Assembly (NCBI GenBank): GCA_963741215.1
Contig: CAVUHQ010000039.1
Span: 69,440 to 133,439 of the forward strand
DNA length: 64,000 nt
Direction of reading: 5' to 3'
Source of the DNA: an uncultured beta proteobacterium
GTDB lineage: Bacteria > Pseudomonadota > Gammaproteobacteria > Burkholderiales > SHXO01
Positions 59,811 to 64,000 of the stretch are shown piece after piece. The translations under genes and the position numbers were made by a program. Positions within the stretch are counted from its first letter, which is position 1. Every line of letters begins with the position of its first letter. The notes under the pieces are model-generated. The model had not been told where the DNA came from and made no database searches. It worked only from the letters and a program-made list of their open reading frames with translations.

Positions 59811-60747
59811 CGGCCGCCCTCCTCTGCGCCAGCGCTGCGATCAACCCGGCGAGGCCCTGTCGCGCATACAGCACGATGATCAGCAGCACCACGCCCAAGC
59901 CGAGCTGCCAGTGGATGGTGTAGCTGGACAGTACCTCCTCCAGCACCAGGAACACCACCGCGCCCAGCACGCCGCCGTACAGATAGCCGACGCCGCCGAG
60001 AATCACCATCAGCATGAGCGTGCCGGACTGGGTCCACTGGAGCAGGTTCGGACTCACGAAGCTGTTCTGGTTGGCGATCAGCGCGCCCGCGAGCCCCGCC
60101 ACTCCGCCGGCGATCACGAAGCAGATCAGCTTGTACCGGTAGGTGGGGAAGCCGATCGCTTCCATGCGCGTCTCGTTCTCGCGGATCGCCTGGATCACCT
60201 GGCCGAAGCGGGCGTTCAGCAGCCGCCGCAACAGATACAGCGTCGCCGCGAGGATGGCGAGTACAACGTAGTAGAAACTGAGGTCGTCCGCGAGGTCCAC
60301 GCCGAAGCCCAGGCGCGAGCGCGATGCGAGGTTGAGTCCATCCTCGCCGCCGTAGGCGCGCATGGAGATGAACAGGTAGTACATCATCTGGGCGAAGGCG
60401 AGCGTGATCATGATGAAGTACACGCCGCGCGTGCGCAGGGAGATGGCGCCAATCACGAGAGCGAGCAGCGCCGACACCAGCACGGCCAGCGGCCAGCTCA
60501 CCCAGGCGCTGCGCACGCCTTCGGCCATGAGTATCGCCACCGTATAGGCGCCGGCGCCGAGAAAGGCCGCGTGCCCGAAGCTCACCATGCCGCCGTAGCC
60601 CAGGATCAGATTCAAGCTGGTAGCCGCCAGCGCGAAGATGAGGATGCGCGCGGCGAAGCTCACATAGAACAGCTGGCCCCAGTGCTTCGCCGCCAGCGGA
60701 AATACGAGCAGCAGCAAGAGCACACCGATCGTGAGACGCTTATGCAT
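59803..60747 (-). CDS. livM: branched-chain amino acid ABC transporter permease
   Basis: Intact 314 aa with the typical LNLILGYGGMVSFGHAAF motif. Confidence 0.85.
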   Translation of the reverse strand: MHKRLTIGVLLLLLVFPLAAKHWGQLFYVSFAARILIFALAATSLNLILGYGGMVSFGHAAFLGAGAYTVAILMAEGVRSAWVSWPLAVLVSALLALVIGAISLRTRGVYFIMITLAFAQMMYYLFISMRAYGGEDGLNLASRSRLGFGVDLADDLSFYYVVLAILAATLYLLRRLLNARFGQVIQAIRENETRMEAIGFPTYRYKLICFVIAGGVAGLAGALIANQNSFVSPNLLQWTQSGTLMLMVILGGVGYLYGGVLGAVVFLVLEEVLSSYTIHWQLGLGVVLLIIVLYARQGLAGLIAALAQRRAAGG

Positions 60748-60794
60748 CGTCTTCAGCAGCCGCTAGTCAACCGCGCAGGTGCACGAAGCGCAAC

Positions 60795-61713
60795 TCACGC
60801 CCTCGCAGGGAACAGACCCTGCGGGCGCCAGAACAGCACGGCAACCATGAGCACGTAGATGGCGATGGAGGCGAGCGCGGGGCCGAGGCCCGACGCGACG
60901 GCCGGCGGCAGGATGCTGCGCAGCAGAGGAGGAAGCAAAGCGCGTCCGACCGTGTCCACCATGCCGACCAGCAGCGCCCCGACCATCGCGCCGCGGATGG
61001 AACCGATGCCGCCGATGACGATGACGACGAAGGCCAGGATGAGAATGCTCTCGCCCATCCCCACCTGCACCGCCAGGATCGGGCCCAGCATGGCGCCGGC
61101 CACCGCGCACAGCGCCGCTCCCACCGCGAACACCAGCGTAAATAGCATCCTGCACGTTGACGCCCATCGCGGTCGCCATCTCGCGGTTGGAAGCGCCGGC
61201 ACGCACGCGCATGCCGACACGTGTCTTCGCCACCAGCAGATACAGCAACACCGCAACGGCGAGTCCGACGCCGATGACGACCAGCCGGTAGGCCGGATAG
61301 TAGAAGTCCGGCAGCAGCTCAACCGGACCCGACAGCGCCGCGGGCATGTTGAGCATGAGCGGCTGCGAACCGAAGATCATGCGCACGACCTCGTTGCAGA
61401 TGAGCAGCAGCGCGAAGGTGGCGAGCACCTGCGACAGATGATCGCGAGTGTAGAGCTGGCGCAGGACCGTGAGCTCGAGCACCACGCCGATCACCGCCGT
61501 TCCCACCACCGCCCCAACGACTGCGAGCATGAAAGACCCGGTCGCCTGCGCTACGGACGCGGCCAGATAAGCCCCGATCATGTAGAGCGACCCATGCGCG
61601 AGGTTGATCATGTCCATGATCCCGAACACCAGGGTGAGGCCGGCGGCGAGCAAAAACAGCATCAGGCCGAACTGGAGGCCGTTGAGGGTTTGCTCCAGGA
61701 TCAGGACGGACAT
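60795..61713 (-). CDS. livH: branched-chain amino acid ABC transporter permease, one +1 frame break near 61150
   Basis: LTLVFGIMDMINLAHG is in ORF 60763..61713. The tail GGIGSIRGAMVGALLVG is in ORF 60795..61322. Length is 919 nt (3n+1). Confidence 0.85.
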
Positions 61714-61977
61714 CTGAAGAGCGTGAAGGGTGAAGAGTGAAGGGTGAAGAGTATGGAGCGTCAGTTCACGGGGCTACCGTTCCTTCGACTCCGGCGCTGC
61801 GCGCCCTAGTCCCGTTCGTCCTGAGCGTAGGGTGCGCAGCGCCCAGAGTCGAAGGATCACGACGAACGGATTCAGGTGTGTCAGCCATCGGACTCGAAGG
61901 ATCAGCGCGAACGGAGGATTTGAACCTGTCGCTTTCACCCTTTACCCTTCACTCTTCACTCTTCACTCTTCACACAT
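61714..61977. repeat. composite intercistronic repeat: heptamer arms around REP-like units, filling the binding-protein/permease spacer
   Basis: On the + strand there are (GTGAAGR)x4 at 61723-61750, units at 61777-61810, 61812-61869 and 61892-61914, and (YCTTCAC)x6 at 61932-61973. Confidence 0.8.
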
Positions 61978-63141
61978 TCACTTCAACGGACACTGCTCCA
62001 CATACACATCGGGATGATCCTTGAGCACGGTGCTCAGCGTCCTATTGGTGATGCGGCCCTTGCTGTCCCGCTCCACCACTCGCAGGTAGAAGTTCTCGAT
62101 CGGGAAGCCGTTGCGGTTGATCTTGAACGGGCCGCGTACGGACTTGAAATCGTTGGCGCGCAGAGCCTTGCGCACAGCCTCGGCATCCTCCACCTTTCCG
62201 TTCACTCCTCGCACTGCCGCGTCGATCGCCCGCGCGGCGTCGTAGCCTTGCGCCGCGTACCCGGTCGGCAGCCGCCCGTACTCCTTCTCGAAAGCCGCCA
62301 CGAAAGCCCGGCTCTCCGGGTTGTCCATGTCATGGTTCCAGAAACCGGTGTTGTAGATCCCGAGCATCGGCTCGCCCACGGCCGGGATGATGTCCTCGTC
62401 CACGGAAAACGCGGTGCTGATCAGCGTGACCTGCTTGCCGAGCCCGGACGCCGAGAACTGCTTGATGAAGTTGATGCCCATCCCGCCGGGCAGAAAGAAG
62501 AACACCGCATCGGGCTTCGCCGCACGGATCTGCGCCAGCTCCGCGGAGAAGTCGAGCTGTCCCAGCTTTGGATAGACCTCGTCGGCGACAGCGCCCTTGT
62601 AGAAGCGCTTGAACCCGGCCACCATGTCCTTGCCGGCCGGGTAGTTCGGTGACAACAGGAAAACGTTCTTGAAGCCTTTGTCCGCGGTGTATTTTCCTGC
62701 TGCCTCCATGGTGCCGTCGTTCTGCCACGCCATGCTGAAGAACCATGGGCTGCATTGCGCTCCCGCAAGCAGCGACGGGCCGGCATTCGCGCTGATCAGG
62801 AAGGTCTTGCTCTCGAACACCGCGGGCGCCACCGCGAGCAGCACGTTGGAGAACACGATGCCGGTGACGAAGTCGACATGGTCGCGCTTGAGATACTTGT
62901 CGACGATCTGGCGGCCCACATCCGGATTCTGCTGATCGTCGTTGACGATCACCTCGGCGGGCAGGCCGCCCAGCTTGCCGCCGCTCGTCTTCAGCCCCAG
63001 GTTGAAGCCGTCTCGAATGTCGGTCCCGATGGCAGCGCCCGGTCCGGACAGGGTGCTGACGAAGCCGACCTTGACCTTGTCGGCGGCCTGGACGGACGCC
63101 GCGAACAGCATCGCCAGCGCCGCCAGAATTGTTGTTTTCAC
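61978..63141 (-). CDS. periplasmic branched-chain amino acid-type binding protein (Peripla_BP_6-like)
   Basis: The preferred start is GTG 63141, after a GGAGG Shine-Dalgarno sequence. Signal peptide VKTTILAALAMLFAASVQA. KVGFVSTLSGPGAAIG is present. Intact. Confidence 0.85.
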   Translation of the reverse strand: MKTTILAALAMLFAASVQAADKVKVGFVSTLSGPGAAIGTDIRDGFNLGLKTSGGKLGGLPAEVIVNDDQQNPDVGRQIVDKYLKRDHVDFVTGIVFSNVLLAVAPAVFESKTFLISANAGPSLLAGAQCSPWFFSMAWQNDGTMEAAGKYTADKGFKNVFLLSPNYPAGKDMVAGFKRFYKGAVADEVYPKLGQLDFSAELAQIRAAKPDAVFFFLPGGMGINFIKQFSASGLGKQVTLISTAFSVDEDIIPAVGEPMLGIYNTGFWNHDMDNPESRAFVAAFEKEYGRLPTGYAAQGYDAARAIDAAVRGVNGKVEDAEAVRKALRANDFKSVRGPFKINRNGFPIENFYLRVVERDSKGRITNRTLSTVLKDHPDVYVEQCPLK

Positions 63142-63199
63142 GGTGAGCCTCCCTGCGTTAAGTGCTGCGCGGAAGTGTAGCGTAAAGCTGCGGCGCGCC

Positions 63200-64000
63200 T
63201 CACCAGTCCTCTCGCACCGCCCGCACAACGTCTCCACCCATGGCCTGCCTGCCGCTTACGGCGGCGGTAACGGTCGCCAGCGCCAGCATCACGAACGAGA
63301 ACAAGACGAGCCCCGTCCACGGGACATGCAGCTCCATGCTCCAATGAAACGACTGGCGGTTGACCACGTGGATCAGGATCAGGCTGATCAACCACCCGAG
63401 AGCCAGCCCCACCGCAAGGCCGAGCGCGCTGGACAGCAAACCTTCCGCACCCAGCATGGCCGCGATCTGCCGCCGGGTCATGCCGATGTGCCGCAGCATG
63501 CCGAACTCGCGGCGCCGCGCCAGCACCAATGCCGTCACACTGCCGGACAGGCTGAACAGCCCGATCAGGATGGCGCAGGCCTCTAGCGCGTAGGTGACGG
63601 CGAAGGTACGGTCGAAGATGGTCAGCGAAATCCGGCGGATCTCGCCCGGCTCCGACAACTCGATCCGCTCGCCGTTGGGGACGCTATCCCGCAGCGCGCG
63701 GCTCAGTCGGGCCACGTCCATCCCCGGCGCGAGCCAGAGCCCGGCATCGGTTGCCACGCGGTCGCCGGTCAATTGGATGTACAGCGCCCGGTCGATCAGG
63801 AGTGCGCCGTTCTGCCGTGCATAGTCGCGCCAGATGCCGGCGACGGTGAAGGGCAGACTCCGTCCTGCCAGCGGCAGCGCAACACGCGCACCGGGACGCA
63901 GGCCGAACATATCCGCGACCGGCTCCGTGATCCACACCGGCGGCGGATCACCCGGCGCCGGCCGCACCACCGCAGAGACCAGCGGCAGAACGGTTTCGGC
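63200..64000 (-). CDS. FtsX-like ABC transporter permease, C-terminal part (5-prime end outside the window)
   Basis: RREFGMLRHIGMTRRQI followed by three TM segments. The frame stays open to the window end. Confidence 0.75.
   Translation of the reverse strand, partial: AETVLPLVSAVVRPAPGDPPPVWITEPVADMFGLRPGARVALPLAGRSLPFTVAGIWRDYARQNGALLIDRALYIQLTGDRVATDAGLWLAPGMDVARLSRALRDSVPNGERIELSEPGEIRRISLTIFDRTFAVTYALEACAILIGLFSLSGSVTALVLARRREFGMLRHIGMTRRQIAAMLGAEGLLSSALGLAVGLALGWLISLILIHVVNRQSFHWSMELHVPWTGLVLFSFVMLALATVTAAVSGRQAMGGDVVRAVREDW

Noticed and set aside
1-64000. Scan for tRNA, rRNA, tmRNA, transposase, integrase and CRISPR-cas
   Set aside because: I noticed no T-loop/acceptor-type sequences, rRNA-like stretches, DDE or tyrosine recombinase motifs, or spacer-repeat arrays on either strand.

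Overview
This is a GC-rich chromosomal segment from a Gram-negative bacterium, judged from LpxC, many Tat/Sec-exported periplasmic proteins and a PQQ dehydrogenase operon. I recognised no rRNA, tRNA, CRISPR array, integrase or transposase. All protein family calls are by-eye motif recognition, because no searches could be run.

Gene content in order:
- 0-3.2 kb: three phage-tail-collar (MdpB-like) paralogues with a GNAT, flanked by two paralogous small proteins.
- 3.4-9.3 kb: a head-to-tail duplicated UvrA-family ATPase of about 5.9 kb.
- 9.3-13.2 kb: a di-haem cytochrome c, a 6-phosphofructokinase and an MFS transporter.
- 13.4-17.4 kb: class II ribonucleotide reductase nrdJ carrying a LAGLIDADG intein directly in front of the active-site Cys.
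- 17.4-20.6 kb: lpxC, an AraC-type regulator and a haem-oxygenase-like protein.
- 20.9-26.7 kb: pepN, a TSUP permease and a DUF1499-like protein.
- 26.7-29.7 kb: a xoxF/G/J-like PQQ dehydrogenase operon.
- 30.6-34.2 kb: a GMC oxidoreductase and eda-kdgK.
- 34.3-41.6 kb: a block encoding only exported proteins, including three orphan COG2984/PF04392-type binding proteins plus decayed fragments of the same family.
- 42-54.3 kb: a split ThDP decarboxylase, AttH-like and amidase-like genes, a large Ig-repeat/RTX adhesin, a fatty-acid hydroxylase, and a GGDEF-EAL / outer-membrane protein / cupredoxin-like trio.
- 54.4-58.3 kb: a lower-GC islet with a ParE toxin-antitoxin pair.
- 58.3-64 kb: a liv-type ABC operon and a partial FtsX-like permease.

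Main observations:
1. About half of the genes are frame-disrupted. Every junction I could resolve is a +1 (one extra base) event, which points to an insertion-biased technical artefact rather than natural decay.
2. The phage-less tail-collar trio is the best candidate for an uncharacterised system.
3. A transcription-oriented intercistronic repeat family has (GTGAAGR)n and (YCTTCAC)n heptamer arms around REP-like hairpins.
4. The PQQ dehydrogenase has the lanthanide-type DxD signature but lacks the vicinal Cys-Cys pair.
5. The binding-protein family is expanded and also decaying.
6. Three palindromic boxes sit at exact 22-bp phasing upstream of the toxin-antitoxin pair.
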